Shown: positions 1 to 9,790, counted from the first letter of the stretch. The stretch: DNA of 55,134 nt from Tissierellia bacterium (GCA_012518745.1 JAAYRM010000200.1:1-55134); one strand, 5' to 3'. The notes: generated by a model not told the origin, from the sequence alone. Program-made: numbers and translations.

Positions 1-8
1 AAATATAC

Positions 9-37
9 TTGCAATATATAATATATTGTATTAATAT
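9..37 (+). promoter_or_regulatory. candidate sigma-A-type promoter for the flagellar operon (TTGCAA - 17 nt - TAATAT)
   Basis: TTGCAA at 9-14, a 17-nt spacer, then TAATAT at 32-37, about 60 nt upstream of the flgB start. The window edge cuts off the upstream context. Confidence 0.3.
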
Positions 38-60
38 TTGCTATAGATATTTGCTATAGA
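35..60. repeat. perfect 13-bp tandem direct repeat (TATTTGCTATAGA x2)
   Basis: Positions 35-47 and 48-60 are identical. A third partial copy (CATAGAT) lies at 74-80. The repeat sits between the candidate promoter and the flgB RBS. Confidence 0.9.
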
Positions 61-95
61 TGGAAGATTATAACATAGATTATGAGGGTGATAAT

Positions 96-503
96 ATGTG
101 GATAGAATGGAGCAATAAGATCAATATCCTTAATAAAGCATTGGATGGTTATTGGTTACGCAATAAAACCATTAACCAAAATATTTCCAACGCTAACACC
201 CCCAATTATAAGAGATTAACGGTAAAATTTGAAGACGAGCTAAGGGATGCCATGGCTATTAGGAAGCATAGATTAAGTAGGACTCATAGGAAACATATAC
301 CAGTATCGGGGGCGATAGACAAGGTACAACCTAGGGTGGAGGAAAAGAAGCATTATTCATATAGATTTGATAGGAATAACGTGAATATAGATACGGAATC
401 GGCGGATCTTGCCAAGAATACCATCATGTATAATGCCCTTGTAAATCAGACCATTGGGGAATTTGAAAAGATAAAAAATGTGATCAATGAGGTGAATAAA
501 TAA
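96..503 (+). CDS. flgB: flagellar basal-body rod protein FlgB
   Basis: Rod-family N-terminal motif NISNANTPNYKR. It is the first gene in the flgB-flgC-fliE order. A GAGGGTG RBS lies 5 nt before ATG 96. The ORF-track start at 60 lies inside the tandem repeat and is probably not used. Confidence 0.9.
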   Translation: MWIEWSNKINILNKALDGYWLRNKTINQNISNANTPNYKRLTVKFEDELRDAMAIRKHRLSRTHRKHIPVSGAIDKVQPRVEEKKHYSYRFDRNNVNIDTESADLAKNTIMYNALVNQTIGEFEKIKNVINEVNK

Positions 504-505
504 TC

Positions 506-946
506 ATGGGTATATTTGATTCCATAAATATCAGTGCTTCAGCTTTATCAGCGGAAAAAACTAGAATCGATATCATTACCAAAAACATGGCCAATGCTAG
601 AACCACTAGATCTACAGGGGGAGGGCCATATAGGAGACAGATGGTGGTGTTCGAAGAGAATAGGGGAAAGTCCTTCTCAGAATATCTGGGAAGATATAAC
701 GATGCCATGAATGGAAAAGGGGTAATAATAAGGGAGATAGTAGAGGATGATAGACCATTTAAATTAAAATACGAACCAGGCCATCCCGATGCGGATCAGG
801 ATGGGTACGTTAGTATGCCTAATGTGGAAATGGTGAATGAGATGGTGGATATGATAGATGCCCAAAGGGCATATGAAGCCAATATAACAGCTTTGAATTC
901 TACGAAATCTATGATGATGAAGGCACTAGAAATAGGGAGGAGGTAA
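506..946 (+). CDS. flgC: flagellar basal-body rod protein FlgC
   Basis: N-terminus SASALSAEKTRIDIITKNMANARTT and C-terminal VNEMVDMIDAQRAYEANI are typical FlgC signatures. The gene follows flgB. Confidence 0.95.
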   Translation: MGIFDSINISASALSAEKTRIDIITKNMANARTTRSTGGGPYRRQMVVFEENRGKSFSEYLGRYNDAMNGKGVIIREIVEDDRPFKLKYEPGHPDADQDGYVSMPNVEMVNEMVDMIDAQRAYEANITALNSTKSMMMKALEIGRR

Positions 947-950
947 TTGA

Positions 951-1250
951 ATGAGAGTTGAAAATACAGGATCCTCTAGGGTAGATATGTTTTCGGAAAA
1001 TCTCAGACGAAATACTGTAGCACAGGATGATGACTCCTTCGGTTCTTTCTTGAATAATGCCCTGGATAGAATAAATGAACAGCAGCTAATAGGTGATGAA
1101 TATCAAAGGAGATTAGCAACTGGGGATGTGGACAACCTACATGATGTGACTATAGCTCAGGAAAAAGCTAATGTATCACTACAATTAGCACTGGGCGTAA
1201 GAAATAAGATCATTGAGGCATATAGAGAAATAATGAGAATGCAGATATAG
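951..1250 (+). CDS. fliE: flagellar hook-basal body complex protein FliE
   Basis: 99 aa. The C-terminus LHDVTIAQEKANVSLQLALGVRNKIIEAYREIMRMQI matches the FliE signature. Confidence 0.9.
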   Translation: MRVENTGSSRVDMFSENLRRNTVAQDDDSFGSFLNNALDRINEQQLIGDEYQRRLATGDVDNLHDVTIAQEKANVSLQLALGVRNKIIEAYREIMRMQI

Positions 1251-1281
1251 AAAGGAATGCTGTAGAAAATGAGGTGGTGTT

Positions 1282-2802
1282 ATGCCGGAGGCGATACAGC
1301 AACTGATAGGACAACTTAATGAGTATTGGGAGAATACGGATAAGTCCAAAAGGCGAAGGATAGCTATAATAGGTGTTATAGCTATTTTAATCATATTGGC
1401 GTTATCTATTATCTTCCTAAGAACTAGATATGAAGTACTTTATGCAGACCTATCCCTAGAGGATACAGGGGAGATAACGAGGAAATTGGATGAGATGGGC
1501 ATTAAATGGAAAACGCCCAATCAAAACGCTCCAACTACCATATTGGTCCCAGCGGATATGAAGAACAAGATCAAGATTGAACTAGCCTCCGATGGTTTGC
1601 CCAGGGAGGGATACGGGTTCATAGATGCATTCAGTGATAGCAGTTGGATGATGACCGATTATGATAAGAGACAGAGAATGCAATTAGCCCTACAGAATGA
1701 ATTAGCTGCGACGATTTCAGAGATTGACGGTATAAAAAATGCGACCGTTTACATAAATGAAAAAGAGGAAACCGGGTTTGTTTTAGATGGCGGAGATGAT
1801 GCCACCACCGCTTCGGTATCGATAACCAAGGGTGCTAATAGGCCAGTCAAACCCGAAACCGTTGCTGCAATTCAAAACCTCGTTGCTTCGGCGATAAATG
1901 CTAAACCAGAAAAGATACAGGTTATAGATAATGAGGGCAAATTATTAACCGGTGATGGAAACGATACGGATTTTGCGATGACCGATCAATTTAATATTAA
2001 GGATGGCATAGAACGCAAGATAGATGATAGTATAAGAAGGTTTTTAGAAAACATTTTTGGATACAGGAATGTAGATGTTAGATCTAGCGTTAAGATAAAT
2101 TTTGATAGCGAGAGGACTACAATTGTAGAATTTTCTCCTCCTATTGAAGGGGATGATGAAGGGCTTATCAGAAGCATGGAAGAAGTCGAGGAACACATGG
2201 TGGGAGGAGCATCAGGTGGAATAGCGGGGGTGGAATCGAATCCGCCGGAATATGGAATGTTGGAGGATGGAAGCGAGAGATACGATAAGGTAAGCAGAAT
2301 TATAAATAACGAATTAAATGAGATCAATAAAGAAATTAAAAAAACACCAGGGGAGATTGAGACTATAACTGTGGCCGTCCTAATCAATAGGGATGCACTA
2401 ATTGATGGAGAATTCACATCGGATAAGGAAAGGGAAATATCCGATTTAATCTATGCGGCGACGGGCCTCGACACCAAACAGGTTGAGGTTAGGGCTGAAA
2501 AGTTTCAGTTAGATGATCCGGTAATAGCACCGGAAAAAGGAAAGTATATAAATTGGTTGATATTAGCATTACTACTGGTGGTCGCCATAGGGGTAACCGG
2601 ATATCTGATATATAGAAGGCGAAAGGTTGCGATGCCGCGAGAATTCGAAGGGGATATCGAGCATGCGGCAGAGACAATGCCTGATATCGATGATCTAGAA
2701 TTGAGGCCAGAGGAATCGGGGATGAAGACACAGGTGGAAAGATTTGTTGAAAGAAAGCCCGACGAGGTGGCACAATTACTAAGAACTTGGCTAAATGAAT
2801 AG
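1282..2802 (+). CDS. fliF: flagellar M-ring protein FliF
   Basis: 506 aa with an N-terminal TM (IAIIGVIAILIILALSIIFL) and a C-proximal TM (WLILALLLVVAIGVTGYLIY). It overlaps the fliG start and sits in the canonical position. Confidence 0.9.
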   Translation: MPEAIQQLIGQLNEYWENTDKSKRRRIAIIGVIAILIILALSIIFLRTRYEVLYADLSLEDTGEITRKLDEMGIKWKTPNQNAPTTILVPADMKNKIKIELASDGLPREGYGFIDAFSDSSWMMTDYDKRQRMQLALQNELAATISEIDGIKNATVYINEKEETGFVLDGGDDATTASVSITKGANRPVKPETVAAIQNLVASAINAKPEKIQVIDNEGKLLTGDGNDTDFAMTDQFNIKDGIERKIDDSIRRFLENIFGYRNVDVRSSVKINFDSERTTIVEFSPPIEGDDEGLIRSMEEVEEHMVGGASGGIAGVESNPPEYGMLEDGSERYDKVSRIINNELNEINKEIKKTPGEIETITVAVLINRDALIDGEFTSDKEREISDLIYAATGLDTKQVEVRAEKFQLDDPVIAPEKGKYINWLILALLLVVAIGVTGYLIYRRRKVAMPREFEGDIEHAAETMPDIDDLELRPEESGMKTQVERFVERKPDEVAQLLRTWLNE

Positions 2803-2812
2803 GAGAAAACTT

Positions 2813-3817
2813 ATGATGGGGAATAAGCTCAATGGGAAGGAAAAAGCGGCAATATTACTGATTACATTAGGTCCAGAGAAATCTGCAGAGATATTTAAAC
2901 ATTTAAATGAGGAAGAGATTGAGGAATTGACATTGCAAATAGCAAATATGCGCATGGTCTCATCTGAAGAAAAACAATTGGTAATGGAGGATTTCTACGA
3001 GATAGCCCTAGCACAGCAATATATTTCTGAGGGCGGAATAAATTATGCGAAGGAAATCCTAGAAAGAGCGCTAGGTCCTAAAAAAGCTGTCAATATCATA
3101 AGCAAACTAACCTCATCTTTACACGTTAGACCCTTTGAATTTATTAGGAAAGCTGATCCCAATCAGTTATTGAACTATATTCAAAATGAGCATCCTCAAA
3201 CCATAGCATTGATTCTGTCATATCTTCAGCCAGGTCAATCCGCAGAAATTCTGGCAAATCTACCTCCAGAAAAGCAGAGCGAGGTTACCAGAAGGATTGC
3301 GACAATGGATAGAACATCGCCGGAGGTTGTAAAGGAGATTGAGATGATATTGGAATCGAAATTTTCTAGCATGATATCCGAGGATTTCACCATGACCGGG
3401 GGGATCCAAAGTACCGTAGATATTTTAAATTCCGTAGATAGAGGTACAGAAAAATTCATTTTAGAAGAGTTGGATATTCGGGATCCGGATCTCAGTGAGG
3501 AAATAAGGAAGAGGATGTTTGTATTTGAGGATATAGTATCGCTTGATAGCAGAAGTGTTCAAAGGGTGGTTAGGGAAATCGATAATTCACTTTGGGCGAT
3601 TGCATTAAAATCTGCAAGTGAAGAGGTGAAGGAAGTTATATTTACTAATATGAGCAATCGACTCGTGGAGATGATTCAGGAAGATATAGAGTTTATGGGG
3701 CCGGTTCGAATACGGGATATTGAAGAGGCCCAACAGAATATTGTTAATGTAATTAGAAGGCTTGAAGAAGAGGGAGAGATCATTACTCCTAGGGGAGGGG
3801 ACGAGATAATTGTCTAA
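2813..3817 (+). CDS. fliG: flagellar motor switch protein FliG
   Basis: EHPQTIALILSYL motif and N-terminus KLNGKEKAAILLITLGPEKSAEIFKHL. An AGGAGA RBS precedes ATG 2813 (ORF-track start 2795). Confidence 0.93.
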   Translation: MMGNKLNGKEKAAILLITLGPEKSAEIFKHLNEEEIEELTLQIANMRMVSSEEKQLVMEDFYEIALAQQYISEGGINYAKEILERALGPKKAVNIISKLTSSLHVRPFEFIRKADPNQLLNYIQNEHPQTIALILSYLQPGQSAEILANLPPEKQSEVTRRIATMDRTSPEVVKEIEMILESKFSSMISEDFTMTGGIQSTVDILNSVDRGTEKFILEELDIRDPDLSEEIRKRMFVFEDIVSLDSRSVQRVVREIDNSLWAIALKSASEEVKEVIFTNMSNRLVEMIQEDIEFMGPVRIRDIEEAQQNIVNVIRRLEEEGEIITPRGGDEIIV

Positions 3818-4571
3818 TATCATTAGATCTTCTAGGGTAATCGAATCCAATATAGTATATAACCAAGGATTAGATATCCAAGATCCTATAGAGGAAAAAC
3901 TCATTGAAGAAGCTATAAAAAAACACGATCTCATCTTAGCGGCAGCTGAGAAGGAGGCGAAAGAAATTATGGAATCCGCCCATATTGTCTCCGAAAAGAA
4001 GATGTCTGAGGCATATGAGGAAATACGGATGAGGTATAAGAAGGCTATGGCCCAAGGCTATGATGAGGGATATAAATCAGGCTTAGATAAGGGTTATGAT
4101 GAGGGGTATAGGGATGGATTCAAACAGGGTGAGGAAGATTCAGAACAATTGATAGCAGAAGCTCTGGATATAAAAAATGATTATATTGCCAAAAGAAACA
4201 ATGCCTTAAGAAGCGCAGAGAAAGAATTAATAGAGTTGATAATATCGATCTACGAAAAGGTATTACATAAAAAAATAGAGGATGATGAGGATCTGGTAGT
4301 CTCGCTGGTATTAAATGGAATAGATAATCTGGAGATAGCCAGGAAATTAACTATAATAGTGCCAAAGGAGAGTTATAGGGTAGTAGAAGAAAACAAGGAT
4401 AAGATCTTAGCAAAGGTCAGCTCCGTAAATGAACTAGACATAAGAGTTAATAGCGATATGAAACAGGGTGATTGTATTATAGAGACATCAAGGGGTAGTG
4501 TCGATGTGAGTATAGATAATCAATTAGAAGAGGTCAAGGATCTATTGACAACTATTTTAAGCAATGAGTGA
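3810..4571 (+). CDS. fliH: flagellar assembly protein FliH
   Basis: A run of Gly every fourth residue (GYDEGYKSGLDKGYDEGYRDGFKQG), typical of the FliH/YscL GxxxG repeats. The gene lies between fliG and fliI and starts with TTG. Confidence 0.8.
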   Translation: MSNIIRSSRVIESNIVYNQGLDIQDPIEEKLIEEAIKKHDLILAAAEKEAKEIMESAHIVSEKKMSEAYEEIRMRYKKAMAQGYDEGYKSGLDKGYDEGYRDGFKQGEEDSEQLIAEALDIKNDYIAKRNNALRSAEKELIELIISIYEKVLHKKIEDDEDLVVSLVLNGIDNLEIARKLTIIVPKESYRVVEENKDKILAKVSSVNELDIRVNSDMKQGDCIIETSRGSVDVSIDNQLEEVKDLLTTILSNE

Positions 4572-4576
4572 TATAT

Positions 4577-5908
4577 ATGGGGGAAAAAATAGATATTCAA
4601 AAATATATTGATGGCATCAAGGATAAAAGGCTCGTAAAGTATACCGGCAGGATTATGCAGGTGACCGGCCTGACTATTGAATCGGACGGTCCAATTGCTA
4701 GCATAGGGGAACTATGCTATATATACCCCTATCATGATATAAAACCGATATCAGCTGAGGTGGTAGGGTTTAAAGGGGATAGGATATTATTGATGCCCTT
4801 AGGCGATATGGAGGGCATTGCTCTAGGCAGTAAGGTGGTCGCCAGCGGTAAAACCCTAAGGGTAGATGTTGGTAGCGAACTGATAGGGAGGATATTGGAT
4901 GGCCTGGGAAATCCGATAGATGGAAAGGGGGCAATTCGAGGGCCAAGAGCCCGTCCTGTATTGAATTCCCCACCAAACCCATTGGAACGTGCTATTATAT
5001 CGGAATCCTTGCCATTGGGCATAAAGGCTATCGATGCGCTATTAACATGTGGAAAGGGCCAGAGGATTGGCGTTTTTGCTGGAAGTGGAGTGGGGAAGAG
5101 TACCCTGATGGGAATGGTAGCCCGAAACAGTTCCGCAGATATCAACGTAATAGGTTTGATAGGTGAGAGGGGGCGGGAGGTCAGGGAATTTTTAGAAAAG
5201 GATTTGAAGGAAGAAGGATTAAAAAAATCCATAGTAGTCGTTGCAACATCGGATCAACCGGCCTTAATAAGGGTTAAAGGTGCCCTAGTAGCTACCGCAA
5301 TTGCAGAATACTTCAGGGATAGGGGTAAAGATGTTATGCTTTTAATGGATTCCCTTACCAGGTTTGCCATGGCGCAAAGAGAAATTGGATTAGCCATAGG
5401 GGAACCTCCGGTGACTAGGGGATTTACCCCCTCGGTATTTGCGGTGATGCCTAAGCTACTAGAGAGGGCTGGGACCTCTTCAAACGGTACTATAACCGGA
5501 ATATATACGGTTTTGGTTGATGGGGATGACCTGAATGAACCCGTAACCGATACGGTAAGGGGAATTATCGATGGACATATAATTCTATCCAGGAACCTGG
5601 CTAACCAAAATCATTACCCAGCCATAGACGTGCTATCTAGTGTAAGTAGGGTTATGCCTAATATAGTTGATAGAGAATACCTGAACATGGCCAATGTTAT
5701 TAAGGATATCATGGCAACCTATCAGGAATCCGAAGATTTAATAAATATTGGCGCATATAAAAGGGGAACCAATAAAAAAATTGATAAGGCCATAGAATTG
5801 AAAGATGATATAGATAGACTATTGCTTCAGAGGACCCAAAACACTTATCCCTTTGAGGACACCATGAACATGGTAAAGGAGATATACGATAGGGTGGACA
5901 ACTTATAG
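4577..5908 (+). CDS. fliI: flagellum-specific ATPase FliI
   Basis: Walker A GSGVGKST and F1/T3SS-ATPase-like sequence throughout. The start could be GTG 4568 or ATG 4577. Confidence 0.95.
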   Translation: MGEKIDIQKYIDGIKDKRLVKYTGRIMQVTGLTIESDGPIASIGELCYIYPYHDIKPISAEVVGFKGDRILLMPLGDMEGIALGSKVVASGKTLRVDVGSELIGRILDGLGNPIDGKGAIRGPRARPVLNSPPNPLERAIISESLPLGIKAIDALLTCGKGQRIGVFAGSGVGKSTLMGMVARNSSADINVIGLIGERGREVREFLEKDLKEEGLKKSIVVVATSDQPALIRVKGALVATAIAEYFRDRGKDVMLLMDSLTRFAMAQREIGLAIGEPPVTRGFTPSVFAVMPKLLERAGTSSNGTITGIYTVLVDGDDLNEPVTDTVRGIIDGHIILSRNLANQNHYPAIDVLSSVSRVMPNIVDREYLNMANVIKDIMATYQESEDLINIGAYKRGTNKKIDKAIELKDDIDRLLLQRTQNTYPFEDTMNMVKEIYDRVDNL

Positions 5909-5924
5909 CTAAGGGGGAAGATAG

Positions 5925-6362
5925 GTGAAAGGCTTTAATTTCAAGCTAGAAAAAATTCTCGATTACAAGAAGGTAGTTGAAAATTACAAGAAGGGGGAAT
6001 ATGGAGCAATTAAAAAGACATTGGATGTCGAGGAGGAAAAGCTAGAGGCATTTAATAGTTACAAGGTCCATATAGAATCTGAAATGAATAAGACAATTGC
6101 TAGGACAAATGCGGGCAATTTAGCCATGTATAATAGATATATCGATGATATAACCGGAAAGATCAGAGAGCAAGAACAGATCATAGATAAAACTAAGGAG
6201 GAATTACAGGCTGCCAAAGATGCAATGATTGTAGCCGCCCAGGAAAAGAAAACTTTTGAGAAGCTGAGGGAACGAGAACATGAGGAATACTTAGATAAGA
6301 TGAAGAAAACAGAGGAAAAACAGGTAGATGCATTGATAACCTATAGGACAAGCATCCAATAA
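5925..6362 (+). CDS. fliJ: flagellar export chaperone FliJ
   Basis: A 145-aa charged coiled-coil protein directly after fliI, with a GTG start after AAGGGGGAAG. Confidence 0.75.
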   Translation: MKGFNFKLEKILDYKKVVENYKKGEYGAIKKTLDVEEEKLEAFNSYKVHIESEMNKTIARTNAGNLAMYNRYIDDITGKIREQEQIIDKTKEELQAAKDAMIVAAQEKKTFEKLREREHEEYLDKMKKTEEKQVDALITYRTSIQ

Positions 6363-6376
6363 CAGGGGGAATTGCA

Positions 6377-7603
6377 ATGGGGGATATTGATAATATAAAA
6401 AGCAACAGAACTAAGATCATCCTGGGCATTGTCCTTGTTATCATATCCTTATCGATGGTATTTGGATTCTATTTCTTGCATAGACCCTCCAGAGATAGGG
6501 TAAATGCTCTATTAAGTAGGCTGCCTGGATCCATAGGTGGATACTTCGAATCCACTGCTGGGGAGATAGGGGATGAGGATAAAAAAAGCTATCTAGCTAA
6601 TCACTATATCTCCCTAGAAGCACCGATTGCAGCCGACAAACTATATATAATAAAGCAGAATAATGGAAGGCTTTACAGTGAACTAATTAAAACAATGAAT
6701 TCGATATCATCCTCGAAGACAGAAGAAATAATAATGCTCGTGCGGGATATCGAAAACAGCAGCAGTTCACTAGCACGTATATATGATGCGGTAATGGGGG
6801 GCGGAGGAGAGGGTACATCACATGAGGCTAATCGATTGCAGGGACAGGATATATTAATTACCATCAACGAAATAGAGACGAGAATGAAGGAAGATAGAGC
6901 ATTTAGGGAAACACTACCTAGCATTATGCGCAATATGAACAAGGATACATTAGCTAAGATAATCTATTATATAGATGATTCGGCCAGGGAAGAGATATTA
7001 CGTTCTTTTGAAGGGGCAGAGAGGACAAAGATAGAGAATTCGCTTTTAACGAAGCGTGCTCAGAATTCTAGGCTAGTTGATTTAGCTAGCTTGTATGAGA
7101 TGAAACCAGTAGAGATGGCCGTCGAAGAGATTGGCAACACCAATGAATATAGCATAGAGGAATTAGGGGTTATATATGCAAATCTATCGGTATTAAAGGC
7201 AGCGGAAATCCTATCACAGCTAGAGGATGATAGCTTTATCGAAGATCTGTACGCCTCTATAAGGACCGAGGAGGAATTGAATAGAACGGAAGATTCTATT
7301 ACAAATCATATCAGCCAGGCTATGCAATTTATGATCGAATATAATAGCAAAATAGATAATTTAGTGACGGTCTACGGGAGGATGAATGCTAATAAGGCGG
7401 CAGAGATAGTGGAGAGGATGATGGATAATAATGATACCGTAACGGCCCTAGTAATCGATTCAGAACCGATATTTGAGATATCCGATTCATCCATCATAAT
7501 AGATGTTCTATCCAGGATGAAAAACAAAGCCCTTTCCAATATTGTTAACTATATGAATACCAATAAGGCTTCTGCGCTAACTCAAATGTTAGCTGAACCA
7601 TAA
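6377..7603 (+). CDS. membrane-anchored protein at the ylxF position with repeated MgtE_N/FliG-like helical modules
   Basis: N-terminal TM (IILGIVLVIISLSMVFGFYFL). There are at least three modules of the type LAKIIYYIDDSAREEIL, LKAAEILSQLEDD and ANKAAEIVERMMDN. The gene occupies the fliJ-fliK slot, as ylxF does in B. subtilis. Confidence 0.5.
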   Translation: MGDIDNIKSNRTKIILGIVLVIISLSMVFGFYFLHRPSRDRVNALLSRLPGSIGGYFESTAGEIGDEDKKSYLANHYISLEAPIAADKLYIIKQNNGRLYSELIKTMNSISSSKTEEIIMLVRDIENSSSSLARIYDAVMGGGGEGTSHEANRLQGQDILITINEIETRMKEDRAFRETLPSIMRNMNKDTLAKIIYYIDDSAREEILRSFEGAERTKIENSLLTKRAQNSRLVDLASLYEMKPVEMAVEEIGNTNEYSIEELGVIYANLSVLKAAEILSQLEDDSFIEDLYASIRTEEELNRTEDSITNHISQAMQFMIEYNSKIDNLVTVYGRMNANKAAEIVERMMDNNDTVTALVIDSEPIFEISDSSIIIDVLSRMKNKALSNIVNYMNTNKASALTQMLAEP

Positions 7604-7631
7604 ACTAAAGATAATTAAAGGGGGTGAAAAG

Positions 7632-8975
7632 ATGACTGTACTACGGACCACATCATATATTGAAAATATACTATCAAATCAAAAACATAATATAGGTCAC
7701 GCAGATAGGAATGGAAATACCACTTTTGCCAATGTATTAGGGGATGAAATAAATAGGTATGGACAATTTGACAGATTATACCAAACAGATGCCAAAAATT
7801 CAGCAACCAATAATACAGTGGATGGATATATGGAATCCCAACCAATGGATAGGGAGGCTGCAATGGATAAGGAAACCGAGAATGGAAGGGATGAAACTAC
7901 AGAAGAGGTAAACTCGGATTATCTCCGAATGCTGAAGGAGATATACAATTTCCTTGCGATGCTTGAAATGGCCCCTGAATATACCAATATAATAGAATGG
8001 GATGGGCCAAGCTCGGAGATTGAGAAATCCTGCGATGCATTGGTACGGATTTTAGGGGAGTATGGATTATGTACTACTTTAGAGGATATGATTGAAGCAA
8101 CTAAAGCAATGGAAGATCAACTATCCTATATTGAAGAAAAATTGAATGATAGCATAAAAACTGGCATTCTAAATCCTGATGGACTACTGACTGAGGAGAT
8201 CCATCGAAAATTAGGTGAGCTTGATAGGATATTTGAAGAATTTAATCTGAATGCCCAATGGAAGCAGAAAAATGATTCTGATTTACAGTCTACAGGGGCT
8301 ATAGCCATTGAAGGTAGGCAGGAATCAACCGATCAACTATTTTGGGGGCCAGAATCCAATGAAGGGGTATGGGATGATATAAGGGGGAATATGGATCATG
8401 CCATAATGGAAAGGGAAGCGGATCCAAAAGAGCAATCGAGTACTACTATGGACTTTAATACCCTTATCTTAAATATGCCGGATAGAATAGAATTTGAAAA
8501 CAATTTGAGAATGCTAGATGAACCCTTATTGGAAATGAACAAGGCTGAGGTATTCGAGCGAATAATCGATGAAGCAAGGTTGATTATGGATGCCGATAGA
8601 CAGGAAATAAGGTTAAAGCTAAAACCAGATTTTTTAGGGGAGCTGATATTAAGGATAGAGTCTAACAAGGGGTCATTATTGGCCAAGGTAATGGTGGATA
8701 ACTATAGGACAAAGGAATTAATAGAGGCAAACCTCTACAGGCTCGAGGAAGGAATTAGAAGAAATGGTTTGGATATTAAAACATTCGAAGTATTTGTGGG
8801 GAATAACGATGATTTTCAAAGGGAAGGCAGCCAATATAGACATCATTTAAATAGGAAGGCTAAGAAGATGAATGGAAGAGGTTATGCGGCAGAGGAGATC
8901 CCGCCATACGAAGATGCGATAGAGGCGACATTGCATGAAATCCATATGGAGGGTAGGTTGAATTTATTTGCATAA
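7632..8975 (+). CDS. fliK: flagellar hook-length control protein FliK
   Basis: C-terminal Flg_hook-like region (RLKLKPDFLGELILRIESNKGSLLAKVMVDNYRTKELIEANL) and a polar/acidic N-terminal region. The gene precedes flgD. Confidence 0.75.
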   Translation: MTVLRTTSYIENILSNQKHNIGHADRNGNTTFANVLGDEINRYGQFDRLYQTDAKNSATNNTVDGYMESQPMDREAAMDKETENGRDETTEEVNSDYLRMLKEIYNFLAMLEMAPEYTNIIEWDGPSSEIEKSCDALVRILGEYGLCTTLEDMIEATKAMEDQLSYIEEKLNDSIKTGILNPDGLLTEEIHRKLGELDRIFEEFNLNAQWKQKNDSDLQSTGAIAIEGRQESTDQLFWGPESNEGVWDDIRGNMDHAIMEREADPKEQSSTTMDFNTLILNMPDRIEFENNLRMLDEPLLEMNKAEVFERIIDEARLIMDADRQEIRLKLKPDFLGELILRIESNKGSLLAKVMVDNYRTKELIEANLYRLEEGIRRNGLDIKTFEVFVGNNDDFQREGSQYRHHLNRKAKKMNGRGYAAEEIPPYEDAIEATLHEIHMEGRLNLFA

Positions 8976-8986
8976 GGGGGGATATA

Positions 8987-9379
8987 ATGAAAATTTCTAA
9001 TGGGGATTACAAAGAAGTTATTGGATATTTTGACGAACAGTCTCGTGAACAGGTGGCAGACAGAATGAATAATGATCTGGATAAGGATATGTTTTTAAGA
9101 CTATTGACAACCCAATTGGCAAATCAGGATCCCTTAAATCCGATGGAAGATAGGGAATTTATAGCTCAATTAGCACAGTTCAATTCCCTAGAACAGATGC
9201 AGGCCTTAAACAAGAACATAACGGGCTTGGGGGATGAAGTGATGGAGTCGATAGAATATTTAAACCTTAATCAGATCCAAGCTAATATAAGGATATTAGA
9301 GGAGATATCGAATATTAGAAAGGCGATGGAGTCCTATCTAGGTATAGAGATTACACCGGAAATTCCCGGGGAGGAATAG
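8987..9379 (+). CDS. flgD: flagellar hook capping/assembly protein FlgD
   Basis: Signature DMFLRLLTTQLANQDPLNPMEDREFIAQLAQFNSLEQM. Confidence 0.9.
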   Translation: MKISNGDYKEVIGYFDEQSREQVADRMNNDLDKDMFLRLLTTQLANQDPLNPMEDREFIAQLAQFNSLEQMQALNKNITGLGDEVMESIEYLNLNQIQANIRILEEISNIRKAMESYLGIEITPEIPGEE

Positions 9380-9409
9380 CTAATAATTTGGATAGATGGA
9401 GATGGTCGT

Positions 9410-9790
9410 ATGAACGATATAGATATTAAAGGGCTGGAAAGCCGAATAAGATATCCATCCCAACCTAATGGTCATTTGAAAGATACGGTCAACAGGGATT
9501 TCGCACATGTGTTACAAAAGATAAGGGCTAAGGATAGTGATATTAAATTCTCTAAACATGCGAAGAATAGGATGAATACCAGGAAAATAGATCTAAGCAA
9601 GGGTGAAAGGGATAGATTGACGTTAGGCTTTAACAGAGCACAAGAAAAAGGTGTAAAGGATGCCCTGATACTCGTGGGAGATAAAGCTTTTATTGCAAGC
9701 ATTAATAATAGGACTGTGATAACAACAGTGAGTAATGAGCAGCTGAAGGATAATGTGTTTACAAATATAGATGGGGCAGTTATTGTATAG
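9410..9790 (+). CDS. conserved flagellar operon protein of unknown function (flgD-flgE spacer gene)
   Basis: 126 aa with FSKHAKNRMNTRKIDLS ... AFIASINNRTVITTV. From memory this resembles the uncharacterised 'flagellar operon protein' family found between flgD and flgE in Firmicutes and spirochaetes. Not verified by search. Confidence 0.55.
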   Translation: MNDIDIKGLESRIRYPSQPNGHLKDTVNRDFAHVLQKIRAKDSDIKFSKHAKNRMNTRKIDLSKGERDRLTLGFNRAQEKGVKDALILVGDKAFIASINNRTVITTVSNEQLKDNVFTNIDGAVIV

